From an uncultured Rhodopirellula sp. (GTDB taxonomy: Bacteria; Planctomycetota; Planctomycetia; Pirellulales; Pirellulaceae): DNA of 64,000 nucleotides. Position numbers and translations under genes: made by a program. Shown here one piece after another: positions 1 to 9,839 of the stretch (positions are counted from its first letter, which is position 1; the number at the start of each line of letters is the position of its first letter). The stretch lies in contig CAXGAI010000012.1 in the NCBI GenBank assembly GCA_964007735.1, forward strand, positions 1 to 64,000. Direction: 5' to 3'. Below the pieces are notes generated by a model. The model worked only from the letters and a program-made list of their open reading frames with translations. It made no database searches and was not told the origin of the DNA.

Positions 1-291
1 ACTCTCGCTATCGGGCCCGTCGAGAAGTCACAATCAAATAAAGAGCTCGGAGTGCGAAAAGGGCCGCGCCGGCGAGAAGCGCGAGCGCAACGGCGGTGTG
101 CGCGGGGGTCATGACGAAGGTGAAGGTGCGAGCGAAGCGCCGCCCGCACGAGGTCAGTGGGCGTTTCAGATCCGTTACCACTGAGCAGGCAGGGCCCGCG
201 CGCTGCATCAGTTCTGCAGCTGCGACGACTCGGACACGTAGCTGCCGATGGTCCTGGCGTGGTCGGCCAAACCGACCTCGTCGAGCCAGGT

Positions 292-558
292 GTCAAGCGT
301 CAGCGACTCCACGGCGCGGTGCGCGGTGTGAAGCAGGGTCACGCCAGGGGTCTCGTAGACGCCGCGCGACTTGATGCCGACGTAGCGGTTCTCCACCAGG
401 TCCACACGACCGATGCCATGACGACCGCCCATCACGTTGAGCATGCGGACGAGCTCAGCGGGCGTGCCACCCTGACCGTTAACGGCCACAGGCGCGCCCT
501 TCTCGAAGGTGATGGTCACCTCTTCGGACTCGTTGGGCGTCTGCTCGATAGGCGTCGT
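292..558 (-). pseudogene. argG: Internal fragment of argininosuccinate synthase in a GC-rich chimeric segment
   Basis: Frame reads [28 protein letters not shown]...[25 protein letters not shown]...[11 protein letters not shown], hallmark ArgG motifs; no ArgG N- or C-terminus; in-frame stop at 571-573 upstream. Confidence 0.85.
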
Positions 559-672
559 TTGTCTATGCGCTCATCTTAAATTTCATAGGTTCAACCAGTC
601 ATTATCTAAACAGTGTTATGATGATGGCTTAAAACCAACTATCTAATTTTCTTACCCTGGATTTAATCAATC

Positions 673-1566
673 ATGCGAAATTTAACTCACGGGATAATGG
701 CTGTGCTGCTGTTGGGGTGTTCTTCTCTTTTGTTTGCACAAAGTAAATACGAATACGGACCTGATTCACAACCCCAGGAAGGTGTTCCTCAGGGGGAAGT
801 AACACAGTATCGATGGGAAAAGAGTAAGATTTTTCCGGGTACTCAGCGTGACTACTGGATCTACGTTCCTGCTCAATACGATAAATCGAAGCCGACCAGC
901 GTCATGATTTTTAATGATGGTGGTGGCTACGTTCGTGATAACGGGCATTCACGCGCACCTATCGTCTTTGACAATCTGATCGCTCAAGGCAAGATGCCGG
1001 TTACAATTGGTATCTTTATCAATCCCGGGATTATTCCTGCGGAACAGGAAGGGGGAAAACCACGACGTAACCGTAGCTTTGAATATGATAGTCTTGGTGA
1101 TCTGTACGCACGATTTTTGATTGAAGAGTTGTTGCCGGAAATAAAAAAGAGTTACAACCTTACGGAGTCTGCCGAAGGTCGAGCGATTTGTGGATTAAGT
1201 AGCGGTGGCATTTGCGCGTTTACTGCAGCTTGGGAACGTCCCGACTATTTTTCCAAAGTCGTTTCGTACATTGGTAGTTTCACCAATATTCGTGGAGGTC
1301 ATGTTTATCCCGCGGTAATTCGTAAAACAGAAAGAAAGCCGATTCGTGTCTTCCTTCAGGAAGGCAGTTCAGACCTGGATAACTTGTTTGGTAATTGGCC
1401 ATTAGCGAATGAACAGATGGCTGCGGCTTTGAAATTTGCCGGTTATGACTATCAGTTCGTCATGGGAACAGAAGGGCATAGTGGGCGACATGGTGGAACA
1501 ATCCTGCCCGAGATTCTGGAGTGGTTGTGGCGTGATCATCCTGAGACTCTAAATGCAAACAAGTAG
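673..1566 (+). CDS. Secreted esterase, enterochelin-esterase (Fes)-like alpha/beta hydrolase
   Basis: Signal peptide; GLSSGG nucleophile elbow; [15 protein letters not shown] and GHSG motifs. Confidence 0.85.
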   Translation: MRNLTHGIMAVLLLGCSSLLFAQSKYEYGPDSQPQEGVPQGEVTQYRWEKSKIFPGTQRDYWIYVPAQYDKSKPTSVMIFNDGGGYVRDNGHSRAPIVFDNLIAQGKMPVTIGIFINPGIIPAEQEGGKPRRNRSFEYDSLGDLYARFLIEELLPEIKKSYNLTESAEGRAICGLSSGGICAFTAAWERPDYFSKVVSYIGSFTNIRGGHVYPAVIRKTERKPIRVFLQEGSSDLDNLFGNWPLANEQMAAALKFAGYDYQFVMGTEGHSGRHGGTILPEILEWLWRDHPETLNANK

Positions 1567-1581
1567 AGAAAGGAAATTGAA

Positions 1582-2463
1582 ATGATGAAGAAGTGTCTGT
1601 TTTTACTTCTTATTTGTGGCGGATTCTGTTTGCCCGTTGATGCGCAGGATTTACCAATCTCCCAGATTATGATCGACGGTGAGGGATGGGAGTTATTATC
1701 GGAAGGCCACCAGTTTACGGAAGGTCCAGCGGTTAATCACAAAGGTGAAGTGTTTTTTACCGACGTTCCAACGTCAGAAATCTTTAAGATTGCATTAGAT
1801 GGAAAAGTCACCCTCTTTAGCGAACAGGCTAACCAGACTGCCGGTTTGATTTTTGGCGCAGATGGAAAGCTGTACGGAACCAGCATTGGTGGGAAAGCAA
1901 TCGTTCAGTTTGACAATGCCGGAAAACCTACCGCGATTACCGAAGGTGTAAACTGCAATGACCTCGTTGTGCTGGCTGATGGCGATGTCTTTTTTACAGA
2001 CCACGTTGATGGGAAAATCTGGCACGTTTCGCCAGACGGTAAACTGAAGGAAGTTGCTGCAGGAATCGCGTTTCCTAATGGTGTAATTGCCTGGCCAGAT
2101 CAAAGGCAACTGGTTGTTTCTGATATGAAGGGAGCCAGTCTGTGGAACTTTGTCATTGCGGCTGACGGCTCACTCAAGCACCAACAACCTTACAGTACGA
2201 TGCAATTACCGGTTGGCTCGACCGAGAGTGGGGCTGATGGTATGACGGTGGACAGCATTGGTCGATTGTATGTATGTACAACATTGGGTGTACAGGTATT
2301 CGATACGCAGGGACGACTGAGCGGTATTCTGTCGAAGCCTCAGCGCGCGTTTTTATCGAATGTGACTTTCGGTGGTCCGGAAATGAATTATCTCTATGCC
2401 ACAAGTAAAGACAAAGTTTATCGACGTAAGCTAAAGACCACCGGTGTTCGGTTTACTAGATAA
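1582..2463 (+). CDS. SMP-30/gluconolactonase/LRE family beta-propeller, secreted
   Basis: Signal peptide; FTEGP, CND, FPNG, GADGMTVD, SNVTFGG motifs. Confidence 0.9.
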   Translation: MMKKCLFLLLICGGFCLPVDAQDLPISQIMIDGEGWELLSEGHQFTEGPAVNHKGEVFFTDVPTSEIFKIALDGKVTLFSEQANQTAGLIFGADGKLYGTSIGGKAIVQFDNAGKPTAITEGVNCNDLVVLADGDVFFTDHVDGKIWHVSPDGKLKEVAAGIAFPNGVIAWPDQRQLVVSDMKGASLWNFVIAADGSLKHQQPYSTMQLPVGSTESGADGMTVDSIGRLYVCTTLGVQVFDTQGRLSGILSKPQRAFLSNVTFGGPEMNYLYATSKDKVYRRKLKTTGVRFTR

Positions 2464-2474
2464 CTAGCATATCG

Positions 2475-2523
2475 AAATACAAAAAGGGCCCGACGAAATT
2501 TATTCGCAGACCCTTTTGTATTT
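2475..2523. terminator. Probably bidirectional intrinsic terminator between convergent genes
   Basis: aaatacaaaaagggcc...gacccttttgtattt inverted repeat with A/T tracts on both sides. Confidence 0.7.
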
Positions 2524-2538
2524 AAACAAGCAAGACTT

Positions 2539-3450
2539 CTAACTCCAGTCGACACCTGAAAGACGATTCAGAGCCAGTTGCAGTGCGTGGGTTCCATCAC
2601 GGCCGTGTCCCTGAGACTTGAGACCTTCGTATAGCTGTTTGGAAAGTGCTAAGCCAGGTAGGCAAAGACCCATTTTGTTAGCTTCCTCGATCGCAATCCC
2701 CATGTCTTTTATAAAGTGCTCAACAAAGAAGCCAGGATCAAAATTGTTATCAATGATTCGCGGGCCAAGGTTTGATAGTGACCAACTGCCGGCCGCGCCT
2801 GAGGCTACAGATTGCATGACTGTTGGTAGATCGAGCCCAGCTTTGTAGCCGTATAGCAAAGCTTCACAGACTCCGATCATGTTCGTTGCAATCAGAGTTT
2901 GATTGACCATTTTGGTGTGTTGTCCGGCACCGGCACCTCCCTGATGGACGATGGTTTTTCCCATCGCATCCCACATCGGTTGTAAAGCGTCTACGACGTC
3001 TTGGTCCCCGCCGATCATGATCGACAGGGTACCGTTCTTTGCACCGACATCACCGCCCGAAACAGGGGCATCAACACTCTGAACACCCTGTGTCTTGGCA
3101 GCATTATAGATTTCAACGGCTAGCGAAGGTTCGCTGGTGGTCATGTCGACCAGAATGTTTCCTTCCTTACTTCCAGCCAACGCTCCATCTTCACCAAGGA
3201 AGACTGCCCGTACGTCGGCTGGGAAACCGACAATGGCAAAGATGACATCGCTGTTTTCAGCAACTGCTTTTGGACTATCCACCCATTGAGCTCCTTTGTC
3301 GAGCAAACCCTGGGCTTTTTCTTTAGAGCGGGTGTAGATAGTAGCTTCAAACCCCTGATCCATTAGATGGCCACACATACTGGCACCCATCACGCCGGTT
3401 CCAATCCAGCCGATCTTGGTGGTTCCCGGTTCAATCGAAATAACACTCAT
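2539..3450 (-). CDS. NAD(P)-dependent 3-hydroxyisobutyrate/2-hydroxy-3-oxopropionate reductase family
   Basis: GWIGTGVMG Rossmann motif; [24 protein letters not shown]. Confidence 0.9.
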   Translation of the reverse strand: MSVISIEPGTTKIGWIGTGVMGASMCGHLMDQGFEATIYTRSKEKAQGLLDKGAQWVDSPKAVAENSDVIFAIVGFPADVRAVFLGEDGALAGSKEGNILVDMTTSEPSLAVEIYNAAKTQGVQSVDAPVSGGDVGAKNGTLSIMIGGDQDVVDALQPMWDAMGKTIVHQGGAGAGQHTKMVNQTLIATNMIGVCEALLYGYKAGLDLPTVMQSVASGAAGSWSLSNLGPRIIDNNFDPGFFVEHFIKDMGIAIEEANKMGLCLPGLALSKQLYEGLKSQGHGRDGTHALQLALNRLSGVDWS

Positions 3451-3617
3451 GTTGTTCTTTCCTTGTACGTTATATTTATTTCAGGTTTGGAGTATTTGTT
3501 GATAGTTATAGTTTGTTATGCGGGTTGCACCAGCTGAGGCCTATTCTAGTGATTTCGCTCACAGTTTTCACACCCTCGCCGGGAATAGAATTTACTCGAA
3601 AAACTATGTGGATATAG

Positions 3618-4046
3618 TTATTGCCAGCGATGTTCCGGGCGGTTGAGAATCTCGCTGGCAATCATCGCTTCTCGGACGCCACCGGGAGATTGGAGCAGGT
3701 CTCGAGCGGTCATAGCTGGAGCACGAGCATTTTTCGCGACTCCAACTTGGGACTTAGCCAGAGGTTTGCCCGACTGCTTGCCGGACTCTGGCGTAAACTG
3801 CTTGAGATCGATTGGAGCCTCTTTCATTCTTTTCGTTTGCGTTTGCTGCACATCTTCTGCACGCTCTCTCGGACCGGGGAATGGCGATAAAGGTCCTGTT
3901 TGTCCTTGTGGTTGCCCCACGGGAGCCCGCTTATTAGGAGTCCGCTGTGGAACACGTCGTCGTTGCGGAGGTCCATTCGGATCCTGAGCCATCTGGTCCA
4001 GTCCCTCAAGAATTCCCTCGATGATTGTTTTGATAAAACCAGCCAT
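3618..4046 (-). CDS. Hypothetical protein, YqfB-like partner downstream of floA
   Basis: 9 nt after floA stop; disordered Pro/Gln-rich body with C-terminal VREAMIASEILNRP motif, as recalled for floA-adjacent small proteins. Confidence 0.65.
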   Translation of the reverse strand: MAGFIKTIIEGILEGLDQMAQDPNGPPQRRRVPQRTPNKRAPVGQPQGQTGPLSPFPGPRERAEDVQQTQTKRMKEAPIDLKQFTPESGKQSGKPLAKSQVGVAKNARAPAMTARDLLQSPGGVREAMIASEILNRPEHRWQ

Positions 4047-4055
4047 TACGAATTT

Positions 4056-5120
4056 CTATTCCACCGTTGACTCTTCCTGCTCAGGCCCTTTAGCAAATGA
4101 AGTCCGCATTTCCGTATCGGCCTGAATATTTGTGATACGGTAGTAATCCATGACACCTAACTTACCCGAGTTAAAGGCATCGGAAATCGCCATGGGTACT
4201 TCTGCTTTTGCTGAAATTAACTGCGCTTTGCTTTCCTGAATGGAAGCTTCTTTCTCCTGTTCCGCGGCCACAGCCATGGCTCGGCGCCCTTCAGCTTTAG
4301 CTCTGGCAACCTTGGTATCAGCTTCGGCCTGGTCAGCCTGAAGTTTCGCACCAATATTACCACCCACATCAATATCTGCAATATCGATCGAGACGATCTC
4401 AAAGGCCGTTTGCGAGTCCAGGCGATCAGACAGTACCTTTTTAGATATCACATCCGGGTTTTCCAGCACTTCTTTGTGAGAGGAGGCTGAACCAATAGCA
4501 CTAATGATACCCTCTCCAACACGAGCGGTAATTGTTTCCTCCGTGGCACCACCGACTAACTGTTGGAGATTGGCTCGAACAGTCACGCGGGCTCGTACAT
4601 ATAGCTCGATTCCGTCCTTTGCCACAGCGTCTAATTTTGCTTTGCCTGAATCGAGTGAAGGACAATCGATTACTTTTGGATATACACTGGTTTGAACCGC
4701 TTCAAGTACATTTCGACCTGCCCGGTCAATCGCCATTGCCTCCTGGAAGGCGAGACTAACGATTTTTGCTTTACGAGCTGCAATCAATGCTCGAATAACC
4801 AGTGGTACATTCCCTCCGGCTAAGTGATGAGAATTTAATGCTGACAGCGTTACACCTTCGTCTTCCGTCAGGTCTGCCTTGACAGCCATGATCTTACTTT
4901 GAACGATCATCGAAACAGGAATCTTTTTAAAGGTCATACTGATCAGGTCAACAAATCCAATTCCAGCACGAGTCAATTTGCATTGAATATAGAGCTTGAA
5001 ATAGGACAGGAAAATGTAGAGAACCACCAGTAGGAAGACTGCGGCAACAATGAGAGCTATCTGCGGTACTCCCAATTCACTTTCCTGAGCTAGCAAATAG
5101 TAATTCATTAGAAGTTCCAA
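4056..5120 (-). CDS. floA: Flotillin-like protein FloA (UPF0365/YqfA)
   Basis: [56 protein letters not shown] motifs; N-terminal TM helix. Confidence 0.93.
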   Translation of the reverse strand: MELLMNYYLLAQESELGVPQIALIVAAVFLLVVLYIFLSYFKLYIQCKLTRAGIGFVDLISMTFKKIPVSMIVQSKIMAVKADLTEDEGVTLSALNSHHLAGGNVPLVIRALIAARKAKIVSLAFQEAMAIDRAGRNVLEAVQTSVYPKVIDCPSLDSGKAKLDAVAKDGIELYVRARVTVRANLQQLVGGATEETITARVGEGIISAIGSASSHKEVLENPDVISKKVLSDRLDSQTAFEIVSIDIADIDVGGNIGAKLQADQAEADTKVARAKAEGRRAMAVAAEQEKEASIQESKAQLISAKAEVPMAISDAFNSGKLGVMDYYRITNIQADTEMRTSFAKGPEQEESTVE

Positions 5121-5233
5121 CCTCGAAGAGTTTAATAAACGCCCTCACTTTGTAGTGAGGAAACCTCGTTCCAAACATGGTTTTACCAAAATTCTTCTTT
5201 GGTTTCATCCAATCTTACTAAATTCAAATTTGG

Positions 5234-5806
5234 TTACTCTCCTAATGATTGCTCCAGATCATCTTCAAAAGTGGAATTTTTAATCGCTGCTTCATTTGTT
5301 TTTGCGGTAGTTTCTTTTCCCGGTACTATGTCATCAACTTGAGTGACCAGAATCCGATTGCTCTCAATACTGAGGACTTCAATAGAAGAGCCTTCCTCAA
5401 TAATGGTTCCTGGACTCACCGCATCGTAAGCTTTGCCATCAATTTCGATTCGTCCGTTTGGCATCAAGGAGGACGTGCTGACACCTCGTAAGCCGACGAG
5501 GTGTTCCAGCGGCTTTGTGATTGCGCCGGCAGGATCCTCGTCCGTCGGGATAGCATTTCTGCCCATCGGTGTGTGTGGCCAAACCTTGAGCGCCAGATAT
5601 ATCATGACTCCTATGACCACAACCGAGCAACAGAGCGTGGCCATACCGGCTGTGTCCCCCGCCTGGTAGCCAAGGTAAGTTGCCACAATAAAACACCCGA
5701 CAGATGCGATGCCTATCAGTCCACCAGACGGTATGAACAGCTCGAGGAAAATGAGAGCCGCACCGATTGTTATGAGAGTGATTGCCCAGATTATGTTTGG
5801 ATCCAT
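5234..5806 (-). CDS. nfeD: Short NfeD family membrane protein (TM helices plus OB-fold)
   Basis: LELFIPSGG TM segment; LVGLRG...LMPNGRIEIDGKAYDAVS NfeD C-terminal domain. Confidence 0.85.
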   Translation of the reverse strand: MDPNIIWAITLITIGAALIFLELFIPSGGLIGIASVGCFIVATYLGYQAGDTAGMATLCCSVVVIGVMIYLALKVWPHTPMGRNAIPTDEDPAGAITKPLEHLVGLRGVSTSSLMPNGRIEIDGKAYDAVSPGTIIEEGSSIEVLSIESNRILVTQVDDIVPGKETTAKTNEAAIKNSTFEDDLEQSLGE

Positions 5807-5823
5807 ACCAGTAAGCTTAACCT

Positions 5824-8004
5824 TTAGGATGACTTCGAAACAACGATGCGATTACCGATTACTTCAATGACTTTGATCATGGAGTTTGCACTGACCATTT
5901 CACCATCACTTACGACATCATATACTTTGGATCCTAGCCGGGCTTTACCAGCAGGGGAAAGTCGCGAGGTCGTCTGCCCGGTTTGCCCAACCAAATGTTC
6001 CCAATGAACCATTGCTTCGTTCCAATTGTTGCGCTGGGCTGTTGCCAAATCGTTGTTTTTCGGAGCGATTATGCGGCCGATCCATGAGTCCCCGAATAGC
6101 CGAATCGATATTTGATAAAGGAGGACCGTGCCGACGATGGTTCCGATAATACCCAGGAATGAATTAGCAATCTGCTGACGTTGGAAAGGATTGGTTGGCA
6201 GTGAGAACGACTGAGCGGAAAGAATCAGTCCGAACAATAGTGAACAGATACCGCCAATCCCAAAGAGTCCAAATCCGGGGGTTACAAATAATTCGACACC
6301 GATGCAAATCACGCCAATAAGGATGAGTATGATTTCCAAAGCATCAACGGTGCCATTTAAATGACGTGCCCAAATGTGAAGTCCAAAACCGAGTAACGAA
6401 ATCAAACCCGGGACCCCCAATCCCGGCGCCGCTAATTCAGCGATCAGGCCGTAAATCGCCATGGTTAATGTTGCCCATAGAAACCAGTCGCTATGAGCAA
6501 CTTCGTTGAGGAACCCACTTAAGCCCGTTGTGGTTTTGATTTCCACGTCAGAAAGTTTGAGGTCGTAGTTTCCCAGTACCGCAGACAGATCACTGGCAAC
6601 ACCCTGTAAATGGCCAAGTGTTTGCAGATCTTCCGCGTTAAAGTGTCTGCGGTCGTTTAGGGGAGTTCCACGGGTCCACTGGTCTTTATCATCAAGACTC
6701 ATGATCTGTTGAGGGCAAAATCCTCGTGTTTCGCCAGTTTGGGCTCGGGTGAAGATGTGTAATTCAATGGTTGGTTGCAGGCAGCGGTAGAAGAGGGACC
6801 ATTCACGTGTGGTAGTTTTTTCGAGTGCTAGTAGCGTTTCCTGAATTTCGAACGTCAGTTCGCCGAGTTTCGTACTATTTCCAAAGCCGCCGAGAGAGCC
6901 CTCAGGCCCTAAATAGATTTCGTCGCATGCTAGAGCCAGAATGCCAGCCGCTCCGCGTGCATGATCCTTGATATATGCAACCGTTTTTACCTCTTCATAA
7001 CGCAGGTCTGCTATCGTATTTGCAAGATTGATTAATTCGTCGGTGTGAGCCCCATCGCTCTCGAATTGGAAAATAATTAGGTTGTGCTGATCCGCAAGAT
7101 TATTGATCAGGATTTGTTTATCCCGAATACGTGACGGGCTTTGAAGTTGGGCCATGTCGACCACGACAGCATGAATCTCACCAATGGGACCCGATGATTT
7201 GAGGAAGCGGGTAGGAGCAATATTTAACTCGGTTGCTAATGTTGTATCATTGGTCGGCATGACCGTAATCGCGCTTTGCTGATTAAAAATTAGTTTGTCC
7301 AGTGTCAGTATGTCGCCGGAGACAGAGATCGCTGTCGAGGAATTTAGTTTTCCTTTATCGAATAGTTCTTGGCGTTCTACGCCCGTAGCAAAAAATGTAC
7401 TCTCATCGGTCGTGACTTCATGCAGAGCGACAGTTGGATCCAGAACGGCTTCGATAACAGAAGCTGGGAAATGCTTGTGAGCTTCTGCTACCCGTCGGTA
7501 GTCGTCTTTCACCTCCGAGGTTAGAAGTGATGTATCCGCTTCGGGCCCATGGATGTTTGTTTCCGGACTGACGATCAACTTGGAACAAGACAAGACCGGG
7601 AGAAAGGCATGGTCTGCATACTTTCCATTGAGAATCGCAACAGTACGACATCTTCGTGTAAGCGATGGTGAGGACAGATAGCTTTCCAGTGTATTACAGG
7701 CACCAAAATCGCTGCGTATTTGGTTGTTTTCTGAGAGTGGAAGGAATCGTATGAGCAGCCAGGGCCGCTGGTTTTTAACCTTCGCTTTGCCGGCATTTTC
7801 GATTGCCGAATCGAGTGCTCGTGTAATCCCACCGATGTTAGTGTTTTGAATTGGTAACTGAACTTCAATTAACACGGCGGTTTGTTGTTGATCCTGCCCC
7901 TGAGCGAGCAGCAGATTGTATTCAACCAGCAAAAGAACACTCAGAATGATGAATATCGCTCTGAGGGAAATAGGGAGCCGTGGAATACCTTGAAGGTTTA
8001 ACAC
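5824..8004 (-). CDS. nfeD: Long NfeD family protein with two ClpP-like domains, TM region and OB-fold
   Basis: Signal/TM start; KTVAYI...LALACDEIYL; ELAAPGLGVPG and ELFVTPGFGLFG; LVGQTGQTTSRLSPAGKA C-terminal domain; start codon uncertain. Confidence 0.8.
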   Translation of the reverse strand: MLNLQGIPRLPISLRAIFIILSVLLLVEYNLLLAQGQDQQQTAVLIEVQLPIQNTNIGGITRALDSAIENAGKAKVKNQRPWLLIRFLPLSENNQIRSDFGACNTLESYLSSPSLTRRCRTVAILNGKYADHAFLPVLSCSKLIVSPETNIHGPEADTSLLTSEVKDDYRRVAEAHKHFPASVIEAVLDPTVALHEVTTDESTFFATGVERQELFDKGKLNSSTAISVSGDILTLDKLIFNQQSAITVMPTNDTTLATELNIAPTRFLKSSGPIGEIHAVVVDMAQLQSPSRIRDKQILINNLADQHNLIIFQFESDGAHTDELINLANTIADLRYEEVKTVAYIKDHARGAAGILALACDEIYLGPEGSLGGFGNSTKLGELTFEIQETLLALEKTTTREWSLFYRCLQPTIELHIFTRAQTGETRGFCPQQIMSLDDKDQWTRGTPLNDRRHFNAEDLQTLGHLQGVASDLSAVLGNYDLKLSDVEIKTTTGLSGFLNEVAHSDWFLWATLTMAIYGLIAELAAPGLGVPGLISLLGFGLHIWARHLNGTVDALEIILILIGVICIGVELFVTPGFGLFGIGGICSLLFGLILSAQSFSLPTNPFQRQQIANSFLGIIGTIVGTVLLYQISIRLFGDSWIGRIIAPKNNDLATAQRNNWNEAMVHWEHLVGQTGQTTSRLSPAGKARLGSKVYDVVSDGEMVSANSMIKVIEVIGNRIVVSKSS

Positions 8005-8073
8005 TTTACTGAATCTATGCTCGAGAAATGAATGTAATACCCGAATAGGAGATGTAAACCCTACGCTAGTACC

Positions 8074-8082
8074 ATTATATCA
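8074..8082 (-). promoter_or_regulatory. Extended -10 promoter element for the nfeD-nfeD-floA operon
   Basis: Minus strand reads TGATATAAT (TGnTATAAT) about 70 nt upstream of the long nfeD. Confidence 0.5.
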
Positions 8083-8124
8083 ACAGTTAATCTTTCCGTA
8101 CCACCAAATTGCCTGACCAAAGAT

Positions 8125-9084
8125 TTAGCGGGGTTGCTGTGATGGATTGTTAGCCTGTCGGGTTGCCTGAGAGCTAGGAGCCGCATTCACCACTTTTTTC
8201 CAACCGGATGGCAATTCAGGCTCGTAGAAGTTTCGGTAAAAAGGATTTAGCTTTTCCAGCGTGGAGGCGAAGTTGATTTCGCGCTGTTTGAAGTTAAATA
8301 CCGTTCGTGAGTGATTCTTACCCTTTTCATAGCTCCGATCAAAAATCACCATTCCTTTGGGCAGGAAATCTTTGTTATCGATGATGATGTGAACTTTCTG
8401 ATAATTGCTGGCATCGTGAATGGTCTTAGGATAGGCCTCGAGCCAAATCTCATCTTTCATATTCTGAGGAGTGATTGCTCGGACCCAAAATCGATTTGTA
8501 ATGTCCTGAGCATTGCAACCGAACAGGAATGGCAACGGACCATTGATGATATTCCTACCCTGCAGCTCTTTAGGTAATACTTGTTGGATAAGTCGCTCGT
8601 TGAGATAGTCATACTCAAAAATGCTCTTCCCATCACAGACCCAATATTCACCATGTGTACCGGGGATTTCTTTGTAAGTCGCTTTGGTTTGCGCGGTCGC
8701 TGGCTGGTAAGTGAGCACTTTTTCAACCTTGAATAGCCCCTTGTCCGGATCAGCAAATCGTACTTTCCCAGTGCTGAAGGTCTTGAAGGTGTTTCGCGGT
8801 CCATACACGGTGTCGAATTGCCATCGTTCGAAGTCACTCCGATAGTGGTCGACTTTTTCCGTATGATTTTGCCAGTAAAGGAGAACACGTTGGATGTATT
8901 CCTGATGCTTTTCTGAGAGCGGCAGGAAGGAAGGTGGTTGGACTCCCTGAGGCACTTGCGGGCGAACATCTTGAGGAGAGTTTGTTCGGGGTTGATTAGC
9001 TGTTGGTGTCGTCGTGGGTTGCTGCTGAGCAAAAACACCTTGCACAAGTGCAAGGAAGACAATGATTGCTTGAGAAAATTTCAT
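8125..9084 (-). CDS. Secreted planctomycete TIGR03009-like / LolA-like protein
   Basis: Likely start MKFSQAIIVFLAL (signal peptide); PDKGLF, EYWVCDGKSIFEYD, GPLPFLFG motifs recalled from this planctomycete family. Confidence 0.65.
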   Translation of the reverse strand: MKFSQAIIVFLALVQGVFAQQQPTTTPTANQPRTNSPQDVRPQVPQGVQPPSFLPLSEKHQEYIQRVLLYWQNHTEKVDHYRSDFERWQFDTVYGPRNTFKTFSTGKVRFADPDKGLFKVEKVLTYQPATAQTKATYKEIPGTHGEYWVCDGKSIFEYDYLNERLIQQVLPKELQGRNIINGPLPFLFGCNAQDITNRFWVRAITPQNMKDEIWLEAYPKTIHDASNYQKVHIIIDNKDFLPKGMVIFDRSYEKGKNHSRTVFNFKQREINFASTLEKLNPFYRNFYEPELPSGWKKVVNAAPSSQATRQANNPSQQPR

Positions 9085-9218
9085 TATCCTGGAATCCATT
9101 CCCGGGCATGTTGACTTAAGTGACTTGTGCTGGATTCTAGCAGGAATGGTGATTTTAGGGCTATATGGATCCCAATTTTGCCCTCGCACCGGCCAACTCA
9201 GTCTGGATCGATTCGACT

Positions 9219-9830
9219 TTAGGCAAAGTCAGAATGGTCCTCAAGGATCTTATCGAGCAATCGTTTACCCTGAAAGTTGTCTTTGAGCGTGTAGTCGGCG
9301 AGTTGGTGCCAATCGGAATCCCCAACGACCCGCTTTTGACGGAACCACAGAGTTGGGCATCCCGCATTTTTGCCGGCCTCCAGATCAAAACGGTAGTCGC
9401 CGGCCATTACCGCTTCGTGTGGTTGAATTCCCCAGATTCTACAGATTTGGTGCAAAGCCCAAGGGTCAGGTTTGATGGGTCCTTCTTCTCGTCCTATTAC
9501 GGGTGAGAATGTTACGGGTAGCAACTTCAGCATCTCCACAGCAAACTCGTGTAGATTCCGTGTAACAATCGCCAATTTTAAGCCTAGCGAGTCGGCATAT
9601 TCGACGAACTCAGGAATGCCTGGAAATACAGTCGCGTTGTCCACGCCGTTTTGTTCGTGACGGCGCAGCACCCGGTTACACTGCTGACGGCGGGTTCCTG
9701 TATAAGATTCAATGGTTTCAAGAATCGGAGCGTTTTCGGGTAAGTTCATATCAAGCCGCATCTGATCGAAATCCAGTTGAGAGTCGATCAGCGTGCCATC
9801 CATGTCAAAGATGATTCCTTTGATTGTCAT
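9219..9830 (-). CDS. HAD superfamily hydrolase (subfamily IA)
   Basis: FDMDGTL motif I; VTRN; KPDP; GDYRFDL. Confidence 0.9.
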   Translation of the reverse strand: MTIKGIIFDMDGTLIDSQLDFDQMRLDMNLPENAPILETIESYTGTRRQQCNRVLRRHEQNGVDNATVFPGIPEFVEYADSLGLKLAIVTRNLHEFAVEMLKLLPVTFSPVIGREEGPIKPDPWALHQICRIWGIQPHEAVMAGDYRFDLEAGKNAGCPTLWFRQKRVVGDSDWHQLADYTLKDNFQGKRLLDKILEDHSDFA

Positions 9831-9839
9831 TCAGAATGC

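Noticed and set aside
96..579. Plus-strand ORFs 96-374 and 157-579
   Set aside because: Antisense shadows of the GC-rich argG fragment; no coherent protein features.
8457..9062. 201-aa alternative-frame ORF
   Set aside because: Fully nested in the TIGR03009-like gene; Ser/Arg-rich composition typical of off-frame translation.
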